From the NCBI GenBank assembly GCA_039096225.1, contig JBBPEB010000006.1:682001-746000 (forward strand): a DNA stretch of 64,000 nt, written 5' to 3'. Numbering within the stretch: the first letter of the stretch is position 1; each line of letters starts with the position of its first letter. Both the position numbers and the translations under genes were made by a program. The notes beneath the pieces are model-generated. The model had not been told where the DNA came from. It searched no databases and saw nothing but the letters and a program-made list of their open reading frames with translations. The DNA comes from Blastocystis sp. Blastoise (Eukaryota; Protista; Bigyra: Opalinata). Of the stretch, positions 25,307 to 45,964 are shown one piece after another.

Positions 25307-26733
25307 ATGAATCGACTTGTTGTCAATAGATTACATTTTTCTAAATGTTTACAACCTTTTCAGAAGCGATATGTTCATGCGATGGTTTGTGAAGAATATG
25401 GAAAACCCCTCGTTATGAGAGATTTAACAAGACGAGGGTTGAATAAAAACGAAATCCGTATCAAAGTACATTATTGTGGTATCAATCATGCTGATATTTT
25501 GTCGTGTTTGGGGAAATATCAAGAAAAAACTCCAGTTCCATTTGTTCCAGGAGTTGAAGTCACTGGAGAATGCGTTGAAGTTGGAAAAGAAGGTCTTATT
25601 AAGGTATTTTTATATATTTAATGTCATTTTTCTATAATATGTATATATATATATATATGTATTTTTGTTTTATATATATATAGAAAGGTGATAAAGTAGT
25701 ATGTATATATAAAGGTAGTGGTGGCTTTACAGAAGAGTGTATATGTAATAGTGATGATTGTTTTATTGTTCATCAAGTATGAAGAATATATATATATAAT
25801 AATAATACTATTATTATTACTACATATATAAATACTATATATCTATAGGATATACCTTTATGGGTTTATAGTAATATGGCTATTAACTTTATTACTGCAT
25901 ATATAGCATTAATTCATAAGTTGTCCTTACCTTTACCTTCTCTATCACATCCTCTTCCTATTCAATCTCAAACACCTCTTTCTACTCTATCAAATGACAA
26001 GTCAATCGTCATCACAGGTGCTTGTGGCGGTAGTGGAATTATTGCTCTTCAACTTAGTCTTTTTCTTCATCTACAATCCTATTGTATTGTAAGTGGTCAA
26101 GATCAATTAGATTTCTTAAAAGATTTTTCGCGTCGTTATATTCAGAATTATACACATTATTATTCATCTATTAAAGAACCTTCTTCTCCCGTGATTATTG
26201 ACTATGAGTTATATCCGAAATTTGGGGAACGAGTTCGTACTTTTATGCCTGTATATATATAAAGTTATTACTGATAATATGTATATACAATAGTATTATT
26301 ATACTATATATATATGTATAAATAATAATTGTTCTTATTTTGAGTATTATAATTATTAATTCTATATTCTAGGATGGTGTTGATATTATTTATGATTTAA
26401 TTGGAGGAAAAGATCAAGCAGGAAGAAATCTAACGAAATGTGCAAAATGGAATTCAAATATCCTTAAGATATAATAAATAATAAATAATAAATAATATAT
26501 ATAAAAATAAATAATTAAATAAATATATAAATAATATATAATTAATAAATATATAATAAATAATAAATAACTAATAAAATTAGTTTTCTTAATATCTATA
26601 GCTTTATTTCCTCTTGGGTTTATTCAAGGAATACCTTCAGTACAGTTAAACCATATTATGGTTAAAAATATGAATGTATTAGGTGTTTATTTAGGTAGTT
26701 ACAAGAAAAATAATCCTGCTATCATTCAACAAG

Positions 26734-26764
<31 letters not shown>

Positions 26765-27035
26765 TATTATATTCTTTATACCATTTGAAGAATTATTTTT
26801 TTTTAAATAAAATACATAGGCCATTGATGCATTAGGATTTTTATATAAAAATAATTTTATCTGCCCCTATATTGATAAGATATATAATTTGAATGATGCC
26901 AATCAAGCTTTGGAAGATATGAATTATGTCATTAACGACAAATTCAGTAGTCATACACCAAAGAAAAATAATGGCAAAATCATTTTATCTGTGGGACAAC
27001 CTTTATATGAACATTTTTGGGGATGTCAATTCTAA
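25307..27035 (+). CDS. Zn-independent medium-chain reductase / NADPH:quinone oxidoreductase family, mitochondrial-type presequence; multi-exon
   Basis: KVHYCGINHAD...GKYQEK..VPFVPGVEVTG, VITGACGGSG (Rossmann), DGVDIIYDLIGG, KIIL near the C-terminus. Confidence 0.87.
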
Positions 27036-27321
27036 TTTCTTTTCTTTTTCTTCATTTTTTAACAATTTTTTTGCATATATATATTAATCAGCATATGATA
27101 ATTGAAAAATAATTTTTTTTGTTATATTGAAACACACTTTAATTTAGTATAATAAAAGTTCACTACAAAAAACAAAAAACACTTGATTTTTTTTTTATTA
27201 AAAAAGCTGACTTGAAATTAAAAAAAATAATTCTTTTTTAATCAGTTTACTCTAATGTATGTATTTTTCTTGAAAATAAAACTATTATATTTTATTCAAA
27301 TACATTCTCTTTATAGTTTTA

Positions 27322-27768
27322 ATGAATCTTCAAAACCAAATCACAGGAAGCGTGGAAATCATTTTTCCTAACAACGATAAATTTGAAGGTATTCTGGAAA
27401 ATGGATTCATCAAAGAAGGAACAGTTGATGTAACGCTACCAAATGGAGATAAATATAAAGGTCATGTATCCAAAGGAAATATGGATGGTTATGGACAATA
27501 TGTTTATAAGAACGGAGATGTCTTTCTTGGTATGTTCGTGAATGGAAAGAAATGTGGCGTAGGAAAGTATATCTTTCGTGATGAAACTACATTAGAATGT
27601 GAATTTGTTAATGATCAAAGAAATGGACGTGCTGAATACACTTATAAGAATGGAGACATATTACAAGCTGAATATGAAAATGATCGATTAGTTCGTAAAG
27701 TTCAATACATCTATAAAAATGGAACTACAATTAATTATAAAGATTACAAGATGATTATTGAGCAATAA
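27322..27768 (+). CDS. MORN-repeat protein (148 aa, single exon)
   Basis: Repeated NGDxYxGxxxNGxxxGxGxY units. Confidence 0.88.
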   Translation: MNLQNQITGSVEIIFPNNDKFEGILENGFIKEGTVDVTLPNGDKYKGHVSKGNMDGYGQYVYKNGDVFLGMFVNGKKCGVGKYIFRDETTLECEFVNDQRNGRAEYTYKNGDILQAEYENDRLVRKVQYIYKNGTTINYKDYKMIIEQ

Positions 27769-28268
27769 AACATCCCTGAACTATTCAACTTATTCCATTC
27801 TTTATATTATATATTTCTTTTACATTAATCTTCAAACTTTTCTTCTTTTTTATTTAATAAAGTAGTATTATTTCATGCTTTATTATTTTTTTAGCAAAAT
27901 TATTTTTATTTAATTTATATATACTATCTAGTTCTTTTATATGTGATGTTTTATTTTTTCATGTTATTTCTTTTCTTTTCTACATAATTGTTTTTCTATC
28001 TTATATCGTTTATATTGTTCACTGTTAACATGATTTGCTTTATTTCTATATTCAATGCTATAAATCCATTAAAATACAAAAAGATTAAATATAAATGACT
28101 CATTGAAACAGAGAACTTTTTAAACTATTTCATCCCAACACAAAAAAGGAGAAACCCGTCAAGTTATCAAATAATATATAGTAATTGATAATCATTGTAC
28201 ATATTTGGAAAAGTGTTTTCATTGATGGTTTTTGTCTCAAATTTATTTTTGTTCTTTATCATTTAATA

Positions 28269-32480
<4,212 letters not shown>

Positions 32481-32877
32481 TAGTCATCATATTTGTTTTC
32501 ATATATGGTTCTTTATAATAATTATAAACTCAATATATTATTATATATTTTTAGTATTCTTTTGTTTATTTCATGTCTAATCACAACTCGTTTTTATGAA
32601 TTTTTATATATTTACTTTATATGTTTTCTCATACTTTAAAGGAATGTTTGACTGTAATTCTATTTAATTTGAATTGAACTAATTTATATATACGCTCTTC
32701 ATTACTGTAGACTAGTTAATAAGGACTAAAATTTAAATACTAGCCATTATTATAGAAAATCTTAACAAAAAAAAGAAACAACAAGAAAAGTGAGTCATGC
32801 AATGACGCATTTAATGGACAGAAATATTGTTCTTTGTTTTTTCTGGTGACAAATTTGTTTTAATATTTATAGACAAG

Positions 32878-34174
<1,297 letters not shown>

Positions 34175-34615
34175 TACTGTATATATCATAATAAATAGTA
34201 GTGATCCTCATATTATTATAAAAGTATAGATTTTAAAAATATTTACAATTTATATATTTCCTTTTATTTGTGCATGTGTTTATATGTTTTTTTTTCAAGT
34301 TAATCTTTATACAGTTAATTCGTGTTTATATATTATTTATTTGGTGATATATTATATTTATATCTATAAATGTATTTTGTTTCTTCTTAAAATTTTATTT
34401 GAAGAAAAACATTAAAAAAGGTTATAAAAGCAAAACATGACATTGAAAAACATATGTAAAATCAATAAGAAAAAGAAAATATATATATAATGAAATAAAA
34501 CTAGATAATTTAAGAATAAAAAAATACTGTAATGCCGATATGAAATTAGAAAATAGTTATGATCAATGAAGAATATATGCAAGTGTTACAATTCTATCAT
34601 GTGAATGATATTTAA

Positions 34616-34823
34616 TTAGTTTTTTTTGTTGTTATCATCAGATGGTTTTCGTTCTGATACTTTAGACCAATAGTTCTTTTGTTGACCATAATCTTCTTTT
34701 TTATTCTTCTGTTCGTACGCCCATCCACCAGCAACTAAACCAAATGCAACTACCCAAATAGCAATACTAGATATATATGAAATAAAGAGAAATATATGCA
34801 TACGACGAACCAGATACTCTCAT
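34616..34823 (-). CDS. Small (~57 aa) single-pass membrane protein; two exons
   Basis: MRVSGSS, intron 34803-34768, then IAIWVVAFGLVAGGWAYEQKNKK...KN*. Confidence 0.65.
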
Positions 34824-35117
34824 GAATGCTTCAAAAATAAAAACAAAGAAAATTCTATTGGAACAACAATCAGCTTTCGTTGATTAAAAAAATGATTTTC
34901 AAAAAATAGTTTCTTTTTTTTTATAATTAATTAAATAAACAAAACAATAGTTTGTGAAATATACAAGAATTATAGCATATTACATTTTGCAAAGAATGAA
35001 TAACAAGATACATAAGTATAAAACATTCTGAATATTAAAAAATTAAGTTTAAAAAATGATGTAATAAATACAGTACATGTTATAAGAGAAAGAAATATAG
35101 AACTAATTTGACTATTT

Positions 35118-35470
35118 TTATTCTTCAATTTCATCAGGAAGATCATTTAAATCTAATTTTTCACCAGTAATCTTATTATATAACTTTTCAACTTCATCAG
35201 CAACAGTTTCAAAGTGAGAAGTAGCATCATTAGAACAAGTGATGAAACATTTATCTTTCTTTCCACTGCTTACAGGAGCATAAACATCAGAAACATAATC
35301 GAATTTTTCAAGGATTTTTCCTAATAAGTCAATACCAGGTTGTAATTCTTTAATAGGTTTCTTAGTTTCAGCAGTAGTAGCAATAATACAAATATAGAAA
35401 CCCTTAGAACAAACGTGATGGTCAGAAGAAACACAAGTAATATAAATATCTATATATAATATTAAATAAA

Positions 35471-35501
<31 letters not shown>

Positions 35502-36945
35502 TAATAATATATATATATAAATATCAGAGCTTCTAGCAGGATATCCAGCTCTTTCAACTTGTTTAGCAGGAATAATAATTTGAGCAGAAGAAGCATTATT
35601 TGTACCGTCAATAGGATGGTTTAATATACAAATACTACGTACAACTTGACCAATAACTTTACTCTTTTCTTCAGGGAAATAAGAATGAGAACCAATAAGT
35701 ACTTTACAAGAAGCGGCCATATCCTCAACACGAATACCTACAGCTTGACCATTCTCATTATATAAGATTTCATCAGGATTACGATATATATATATATATA
35801 TATTCATCATTAATAATAAAACATAAAAATAATAATAATAAAAAAAAATAATAATAATAAAAAATAATAATATCTATATATACCGATTCATCATGAAAAC
35901 ACCTCCGTGAACAGAAGCAGAACGAGCAAATCCTTCAGGTAAATTAGATAAACCATATTGAGGATAAATAAAAGGAGAACTACCATATTGACTTAAAGAA
36001 TAACCATAAAGTTTAATAGCTCTAACAGTTTCAGTAGCAGGTTCTTCGAGATAATCATCATTTAACTTTAAAGCCATAGCATGACCAGTAAAATCTCTAC
36101 AGTTATCATCTAATCCATATTGATCAAATAATTCGTTCATAGTCATGTGATTAAGAGGGACATCAGCATCTTCAGCAACACCATCATCTCCAGGAATTTC
36201 CATATTCACAAGATTAGTAACAAAAGAACGATATTTCACTTTTTGAATCATACCTAATAAAGGAGTAGAAAGAGCTTCAGAAGCAGTAGCAGGCATCTAT
36301 AGAAATTATAGTATAGTATATTATATAGATAAATAATAATAAATATAATAAATATAAATTAAATAAATAATAATAAATAAATATAAATTAAATAAATATA
36401 AATTAAATAAATAATAATAAATAAATAATTACCTTAGAAACGTTCTTCTTCTTACCATTGTAAACAAAAGAACCTTCAATGGAAGAGAAAGACATATAAA
36501 CAGTAGTTCTAGTCTTAAGTAACATCTTTACAAGTTTACCTATAAAAACAAATAATAGAATATTTTAAAAATATGAAAATATTTAAAAATAAGAGAATAT
36601 AAATAAAAAAGAAAACATTAATATATATATACCACAAGCCATTAAGAACTTAGGGATAACATCAACGTTGTAATCTCTATCCTTACCGAACTTAGCGATA
36701 ACAGAATCACTAGGTTTTTCACCCTTGAATTTTTCATATAAATCACTAAGATGATAAGTAGCACATTCTTCACCATAATCTCTATTACGATCAATAGTTA
36801 AAACCTTCCAACCATGAGCAGAAAGTAAACCAGAGAGAATACATTCCTTAATACCGGTACCCATGACAATAGCATCGTATTCACCATCAGCAAGGTAATA
36901 ATAAGTCTTGTCGTTAATAGTTATAGATCCTTCCTTCTTATCCAT
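35118..36945 (-). CDS. GDI1: Rab GDP-dissociation inhibitor; multi-exon
   Basis: [60 protein letters not shown]. Confidence 0.95.
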
Positions 36946-38131
36946 TTCGTATACTGTATATTAATCAATAAATCTACAAAGAATTATTTATAAATTATTT
37001 AATCTTCATAATGAAATGAGATCCATGATTGAAACGAAAATGCTTAATTATCATAAAATATGACTCATCACTTTACATTTAAAACTTTGCTTTTCTAATG
37101 TCTTCTTTTTTTCATGAATTATTTGAAAGATATCCTTGTTATTCTATAAATCCCCGCAGAAAATTCCTATGTATTCTTAGTGTTTTCTTAGATTTTCTCT
37201 TGTTTGATTTCAACTTTTTATGGAAAAAGATATGGTTTCCTTTTCTATTTTTGATTTGTATATAGAACATACATTAAGAAATATCACTCAATAATTATGC
37301 GGACATAATAATTAAATCTCTTAGGACATTTGTATCTTATGAATATTTTTTATCATAATTTTCAAAAGTAACTACTCATAAATGAAATAAAAAAGTTAGA
37401 TGAATCATATTATGAGTGTGAAAATTATTCAAACTTTTGTGTTTTCTTTAATTGCCTCTAATTTTTTTTTCTATGTATTTTAATGCTTTGTATCATCTTA
37501 ATAAACCAAAAAAATTATTGAATTCATTTAAAACGAAAAGAAATTGCTATTAATAGTGATCAATTACAAATTACGACTTGTCAAACGCTTTGAAACCTAT
37601 ATTTATATGAGAAATAAGTATATGAAAAACCAATTTTTGTTTATTTTCAATCTCGAGGAGTCTCTAATCAACATTTTTATAAAAAAACGTTTGTTTCTGT
37701 AAACAATTAATAATTTCTCAAATGATTTGTTTTCTTTATGATTTATATATATAACTATATTGAAATTCGTAGCAAAAAAAGAATTTAGATTAAAAAACTA
37801 AAAAAAAACTAAAAAGATATTTTTATTCAAGCAAATTGAAAAAAAAAACTATTGATAGAAGAATATTTGTGTCAATTAATAAATTTGACACACTAAATGT
37901 ATATAATAAAGATATTAATATACAATGTAAAAAAAAATAGCTAATTATACTAGAAATACACAAAAGAGGAAATAATAGTTTGAAATGAATAAGAAGCTAT
38001 TTTATGAAAAAGAGAAAACGATATATATGTACACTTATATATATATAAATTAAAAAAAAATATATAAATGAAATATTAAACAAAATAACACATAACTAAT
38101 AATAATAGTATACATATAAATATATGTATAT

Positions 38132-41100
38132 CTATGATTTTTCTTCAAAAATTAGATGATGATGTTTCATAGAGATTATTATATGGTTAAGATGAAGAAA
38201 TATTTCTAGTGATTGTTTTAAATAATAATCTGATGTAAATAATCTATTTAAAAACGATTTCATAGAATTTGATAAAGAAGTTGAAGTATATTGAATATCT
38301 ATTTCTAATATATATTGATTTGCTATATATTCTAATAATTGAAATCTTGTTATTAAACATGAAGAAATACTATATGGAGAAGTCGAAGGAAGTAAAGTGA
38401 CTTTATTATAAATAAATTGTTTTAAAGAATTATCAATAGTAATTAATGGAATATTACTTATACGTAATGTATAATAACCAAAAGAAGTAGAAGATAATTG
38501 AGGAATAGAATTACATAAAATAGGATCTTTCTCAATTACTTTCATTTTATATCCATGTTGATCACAATAATAATTTTTAAATACTATTTGATATTCAAAT
38601 AAAGAAGTACAAAGAGATGTATCTATATTATATAATGATAAATAAGTACCATAAGCAAATGGAACATCTGTTTCTGGATTTATACACATTAAAGAGGCAG
38701 ATTTATTATTTATAATAATCTCATGACTTGTTGATACGAATGAATGAAATAATGTTTTATAAGATTTCTTTAAAGATAATAATATAGAATTCTCTTTAGA
38801 ATTCAAGAGTTGAAGTATAGTATATCGATTCTTTATATTTGTATTTAATGATATTTGTATTGTTAATGTAGCAGATGTCTATAAATAAATATATTATTAT
38901 TATTAATAATAATAAAAATAAAGAATAAAAAATATATTAAATATATTATTAATAATAATAAAAATAAAAATATAGAATATAAATATATTATTAATAATAA
39001 TAAAAATAATAATATTAATAATAAAAAATATATACAAAATTAAATTGATTATAATAAGGAAAAATATGAATTGAAGAGGAATATGTAGATAATATTCGAT
39101 TAATAATTTCTTCATATTTATAACTATCAAAATCTTGTATCATATAAAATGGTATATTATTATAATGAACAGTATCAATAATATGAATAGCATTTCGTGG
39201 CTTTTGAATAAATTCTATAACAAAGAAACATAAGAAATAAATTCGATAAAAATCATTTATATAATAATAATAAACAAAATAGTAAATATAATAATAATAA
39301 GTATAATAATAATAAGTATAATAATAATAATTAGCATAATAATAATAATAATAAACATAATAATTATAATAAACATAAAAATATATAAAATTTTCTATAT
39401 AGAATATATACGACATTGACTATTATCAATAGTATCCCAAATTTCTCCTTCTAGACATTGTCTACTTCTATATCCTTCATGAGTATTGTTACCACAAGAT
39501 AGATAAGCTATACTATTGACTAATGTTTTTGGCCATTCTTTTTGTTGTTTACAATAACTTTTCTTTATACAATTATTACCATCACTATATTCATCAAATA
39601 AACATAACTTACAACCTATATTATAATGTCTATTATTATCATGTATAAGGATACCGTTAGTACATATATCACATTCATTTATTCTTTCATTATAATATAA
39701 AATACCTTTACATTTATTAGTATTCTTTTGAAATAAACTTTGCTTATTCTTTCTCTTACTAGACTTTCGATGTTTTTGCTTAATAAAACTATTATCATCT
39801 TCATTATTTATATTTCTTAATCGTCTTATATGATTTGATTTTATTCTATTTTCTTTTTCTATAATATTTAATATTATTTGTTGTGAATAAGTATTATATA
39901 AAGTAGTTGCTATAATAGTATATAAAGTAGTTTGAGGAATTTCAAGAGGTATACCAGATATTATACCTGAATATTTATTTAAAATAACTCCTTCAGGTAA
40001 CTTTGGAGTTATTGAATATCTTATTTGCTTATCTGAAGATTGAATTACTTGAATATAAATAAATGTTTCATTTATATAATAAATAGGAAGAGAATCTATA
40101 GATATATGTTTTTGATGATATATACATTGATCTTCTACTAATATTAATTCTGATGAACATATATACTTTATATATCCATTATATCCATCTTCACATGTCT
40201 TATAATAATAAGAATTATTATATATATTATAATCTAATTGAGGAATCATACATAAAGAATTAGAATTATACTTATATTCAAAGAGAACAATAGGTAATAA
40301 TGTATTATTTAAAGAAGAAATATATGTAGATATATAAGGACAAATAGAATTAGAAGGAGAATTAGTATTTAAACATAATTTTATTTTCATCATATAATTA
40401 TTATAAGATATACTGTTATAAAAATAAAATGTTTTCTTTTCATTTCCTTCTTTTGTCCAGAATTGATTATGAACTCTGTCTAATAATACTTGAGTATTAT
40501 TATATATACCATATATCTCCCAACTTGTAGGCATATACTGTTTACAAGTAGTAGGACTATATATAGTATATTGATTTATAATATCATCTTCATTATTATG
40601 ATTATTATTATATATTTCGATATCTTGACAAGAAGATATTGATACTGTTGTAGACTTTTCTATAGTATTATATTCTAAAATAAAACTATCTTCTTTATTT
40701 TTATCTATATCAATATTTTTATCATCATCAATATTCATTGACTTATAAATAGTTTTATCAGAATCACTAATAACTGTATCTAATTCAAATAATTGAGATA
40801 TAATGCTTTCATTAAAGAATCCATAGTGACGATAATACTCATTGTATTTTTTCTCATAATAAATAGCATCTTTAAAACTATTTAACGACATACACGTGAC
40901 ATTCACATGTACTATATCTGTTTTACGATATATTTGTATTTGTTTATAAGAAGAATTCCATGTAGAATAAACTAATTGATTCTTATTATTATTATCCATA
41001 ATTTCTATTGAACATGATTCTTTTATATATGGGAAACTTAGTACAAAAGAAAGAGTATTATGATTATCGCTTACTATAGATTGTAATGTAAATGAATGAG

Positions 41101-44100
41101 TAATAATTTCACCTTCCATGTAACCAGTAGTTATTAATAAAGAAATTATATAATGTTGTTTCATAGATATAGAAGGAAACTGTCCTGTTATATATCCAGT
41201 ATATGGATCTAAATATAATGAAGAAGGTAAATCTGGATATATATCTATTACCATATTCATAAATATAGGACATAATTGTATATTTATTTCTGCTCCTTGT
41301 ATATTAATTAATTCACTTAAACAATTCTCTTTAAGTGTTAAATCTAATATATTATTATATAAAGATTTAAAACCTAAATAAAACATAGGAAGAGAAGAAT
41401 TCGTAATATTATATATAGTTGATAATGTTGATAATTCATATATAGAATAATAATGAGGAATATCTACGATAAAATCATTATACTGATGTGGATAGAAAGA
41501 TAATAAAGGTTCCATTTTATTTTCTTCTTCATTATATCCAGATAATAACACGCGTGTATCCATATCGTCCGTTACATAAGGAAGAGACACAATTAAATGA
41601 TGTGGTGATAATTTCCAATTATAAAACTCATAACGACTTATAATATCTTTATAAGATATAGTAGAATCAGGTATATATTTATTATCTTTTGTTCTAGGTA
41701 CATGTCCATTCTTTGTAGGTAATGGCGTATAATTATAAAAATAATAATTTGATCGCTCTTGAAAATGTATATCTGTTGTACTTTCTACTAAGAATGAAAA
41801 AGGAATATTTTGAGAATTATTTTTAGAAATATTTTGAGAAACATTTTCTGGTATAAATTCAATGAAAATATTATATATTTGATGATAAGAAGTAGAGGGA
41901 GGTAAATATGTAAATATATATACATTCTTTTCATCTGTATAATTATTAAATAATAATTGATAAGATTTAGAATATGTTTGATTAAAATTAAAAGTTATTT
42001 CTTTATTTCCATTTATATAAATAGTATAACGACCAAATGAATAAAATTTTATACTAAAAGGATTCGATTGACAATCAAAATAATTATTACAATCACGGGA
42101 ATCTTCAATTATAAATTGATAATATTGATATGGAGAAGAAGAAGAAGGTAAATTAAGAAGAGAACTTGAATTCCAAGAAGGAAATTGTACAGTTGATAAT
42201 GAATTTATAAACATATATTTTATATTATTATGATAATCATTAGAATTAGAATTAGGAAAAGGAGATAAATATCGTGGAAGATAAAAACAATTTTTATTCG
42301 TTATAGTACTTGTAAATTGATGATTTGGTTGAGAAACATGCCAATAAGTAATAGAAGAAATAGTATCAAGAAAATGACCATTATTATTTAATGAACATAA
42401 ATAAGTATATTCTTGTGGGTTATCACAACTAAAGTATATATTTTGTGAATATTTTTTTAAAGATGTATAGAGTATACTTACATTAGATCTTTCTTGTGTA
42501 TATCCTTCTATAATTGAAGCAGTACTATTAATATTATAAAATAATAAATGATTTTTACATGTATATTGATGGAAACAAAGATATGTATAATCTATAGATT
42601 TATCCTTAGCTATAGCTTGTATAACTATATAAAAAGGATTTCTAGAAGTAAAGAATATTTTGAGTGTTCCATCAGTTGTATTTAAAGAAATAGTAGGAGA
42701 AATAGTTGCTGTATTAATAGGAGAAACAGTATTAATAGGAGAAACAATATTATTAATAGGAGAAGAAATAGATTCTATTCTATAAGAATAAGATATATAC
42801 TTATTAAGTGGAATGATAGGTGCTAACCACATTCCTGTGAATATTTCATTAATAAAAGGAGGATATGAAAAGGAGAAGGAGGGAATTTTTTCATGATTAT
42901 TTATATATTTAAAGAATATTTCAGAAATACCTTGTTCTTTATAATTATTCTTGTCAAAATAAATTGTTAAAGAATAAGTAGAATAACCACGATTATTTAG
43001 TGATAAATGTTGACAATATAGATTGTTAAGAATATTATTATTATTTTGGATATTGACATGAAGAAGTGATATATACATATCTTCTTTCAAATCATAACCA
43101 AATAATTCATAATGATTTGGAAGTAATAAAGAAGAATCATTTGAATTAGCTATACATATATCAGTAAACCATATATAATGATGAGGAATAGAAAAATGAA
43201 TTGATATAGAAGAATCTAAATAGAGATTTTCAAATGAAATATAAGTAGATAAATTATTATCAAATAATAGAGATGTATTATAATATAATAATCGAGATGT
43301 TCTAGGAGAAGAAGAAAGAGTTGATGATGTATAAAAAAGTGATTTTATTTGTTTTTCATATTCAGTATAATTGTCATATATAAATTCAATTTGTTGTTGA
43401 ATATATGTATTTTTATTTGTATTCTTGGCAACTATCATAATACTTTCTATTTTTCTATTTTTTATTTTAAATACAGGAATATCAAAAACTATAGAATTTT
43501 CATTATTTTCAATAAGTTTTGGAGTAATAAATATATGATTAATGAGAAGTGATTCTATATTTATATTAGATATAGTAATACGAATCATAGTTACATTGTT
43601 ATTTAGTGTAATGCATGTTTCATTATATATAAAGATAGAATAAAGAGAATCATAAGGAAGAGAACTATATTGACTACAATTTTCAAATATATATCCAGGT
43701 AGATAATAATAATTATTATTAATTTGTAGATTATCTATTGATGAGGTACTATAAGAAGAAGAAGATAAAGGACAATGAATATAATTAAGTTGATTTTCAT
43801 ATAGATATAATCTTCTTCTTAAAGGATTGGCAGTTATATTATTATGTATAGAAGAAGGAGAAGAAGGAGAAGGAGAAGAAGAAGATGATGATGATGAATT
43901 ATATAATGAGAAATAAACTGTTTTTGGAATAGAAGCATTCTTATTGACTAAATCTATATATAGTTTGTATTAATGTATATATTGATTATAATTGAAATTT
44001 ATAAAGTTAAAAAAATATAAAAAATAAAAGCTAAAAACTAGCAAAATAAAAATAAATAATAAGTTAAGAAATATAAAAAATAATTGAAATACTATCATAA

Positions 44101-44558
44101 TAAACGAAATAAATAAGTTACTACATATATATATATATACTAAAAATCAGTTTAATTTGTTGAATAGGTGTAATAGATAAAGGAATAGATTGATAAACAA
44201 TTGTATTATTAATATTTTGAATGACATAGTGATTTATATATATCCAATTCTCTTTATTAATAGATATATATAAAGAATAATCACAAAAAGATAGAGGTTC
44301 ATTCAAAACAGAAGAGAAAAATGATAATATTATACTACTGGGTATGAAATAACTATATATATATATATATATGAATAAGATCTAATGATTTAGTGATATA
44401 GAGTAATATATATATTAAATATATCTATTTACTTATGTTTATATGTATAGATATATTCATGAAGTTCTGTTTCTTTATGAGAAATTGAAGTAAATGTATA
44501 AGGACATAATAATATAGGAATATCTATAGATATAAATATAAATATAAATATAAATATA

Positions 44559-44624
<66 letters not shown>

Positions 44625-45964
44625 AGAAAGAGATAAAGAAATAATATATAATACATATATATATAAATATTAATAGAAAAACATAATAATATAATAAAAA
44701 CTAGATACCATAAATTTGTTTTTTATTTCCAACAAGTATTATTTGGTATATATCAGATAGAAATTGTCTATTTAAGTCATTTTCAGAACTCTGAATTTCT
44801 ATGGACATAATAAAAGATCTAGTTTTTTGAGTATTATTATTAGTACTATTTAGAAGAGATTGAATAGGAAACTGCACACTATATATACAGAAAGGTAATT
44901 AATAAAAATATTTATGTATAATAATGTTGAAATATACCTATAATCTTCTTGATAAGTATTACTATATATATATATGATAAAATTAACAAAATAATAAAAT
45001 TATTATATATACCTTTTTGAATATGTTTCTAAATATAAAATAGAATTTATATATATTTTTGATGCTAATGAAGTTTTACATATAAAAGAAAACGAATCGA
45101 AAGATGATGAAGAAAATATAAATTGTTTTTGTAAATATAGAATTGTAGAGGAAATAGAAATAGTATTTAATTGTGTTTCATTCCAATAGTTATTGCTGTA
45201 TTGCTTATTATATGGATATGTAGAATATTTCCAAAGAGCTGTTGAGGGTAATAAATTGATTGAATCCAAATTTACTATAATAAAAAAATAGTAATAAGTA
45301 TAATAGTTATTCGAATAAATTAATATAAATAATATAAAAAAATATATAAATAAATAAAATAATATTAAAAAAAATAAAAATAATATAAATAAAATAAAAC
45401 AATATAAAAAAATAAAATAATATAAATAAAAATAATATAAATAAAATAAAACAATATAAATAACAATTTACAATTAAAATAGAGAATTGTTTTTGGTTGT
45501 ATTATATTTGATAGTTCAAGTGTTTTTGAGTATAAAGTTATACCAGAATAAACAAGAGAAATATTAAATTGTGGATTCATAAAATATAATATAACAGATC
45601 TATAAATAAAAAGTATAATAAATATTGAGATTATAATATTGAATTTATAAAAACATTATTAAACATACTTTGTATCAATTTCAATTTTATAGTTTTTTTG
45701 AAATTCTAGACAAGAAGTATAAAAGGGATTTGAAGCTGTTAAATAATTATCCTTCGTGAGCGATATTTTCTGCTCCTTGTCTCCTTGTTCATATATTCCC
45801 CATAAGTCATTTTTCTGGAAAAATGGATTATTTACATGAACTCGTATCTCATTTTGATTGGAAGGACAGGCTGAAAAGACTATATAAGAAAAAATATGAG
45901 TTGTAAAGATAATAAAATTCAACCTACCTCCTACGAGAAGTAGTAGAACGAATAAAAAACGCAT
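38132..45964 (-). CDS. Large secreted/surface protein with putative Ig (He_PIG) repeats, galactose-binding-like folds and a HormR-like Cys module; multi-exon, divergent
   Basis: Signal peptide MRFLFVLLLLVG; He_PIG-like YPDLPSSLYLDPYTGYITG and ITPKLPEGVILNKYSGIISGIP; F5/8-like PTSWEIYG; C...WPKT....A...C....EG..SRQC....W. Exon structure is approximate. Confidence 0.7.
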
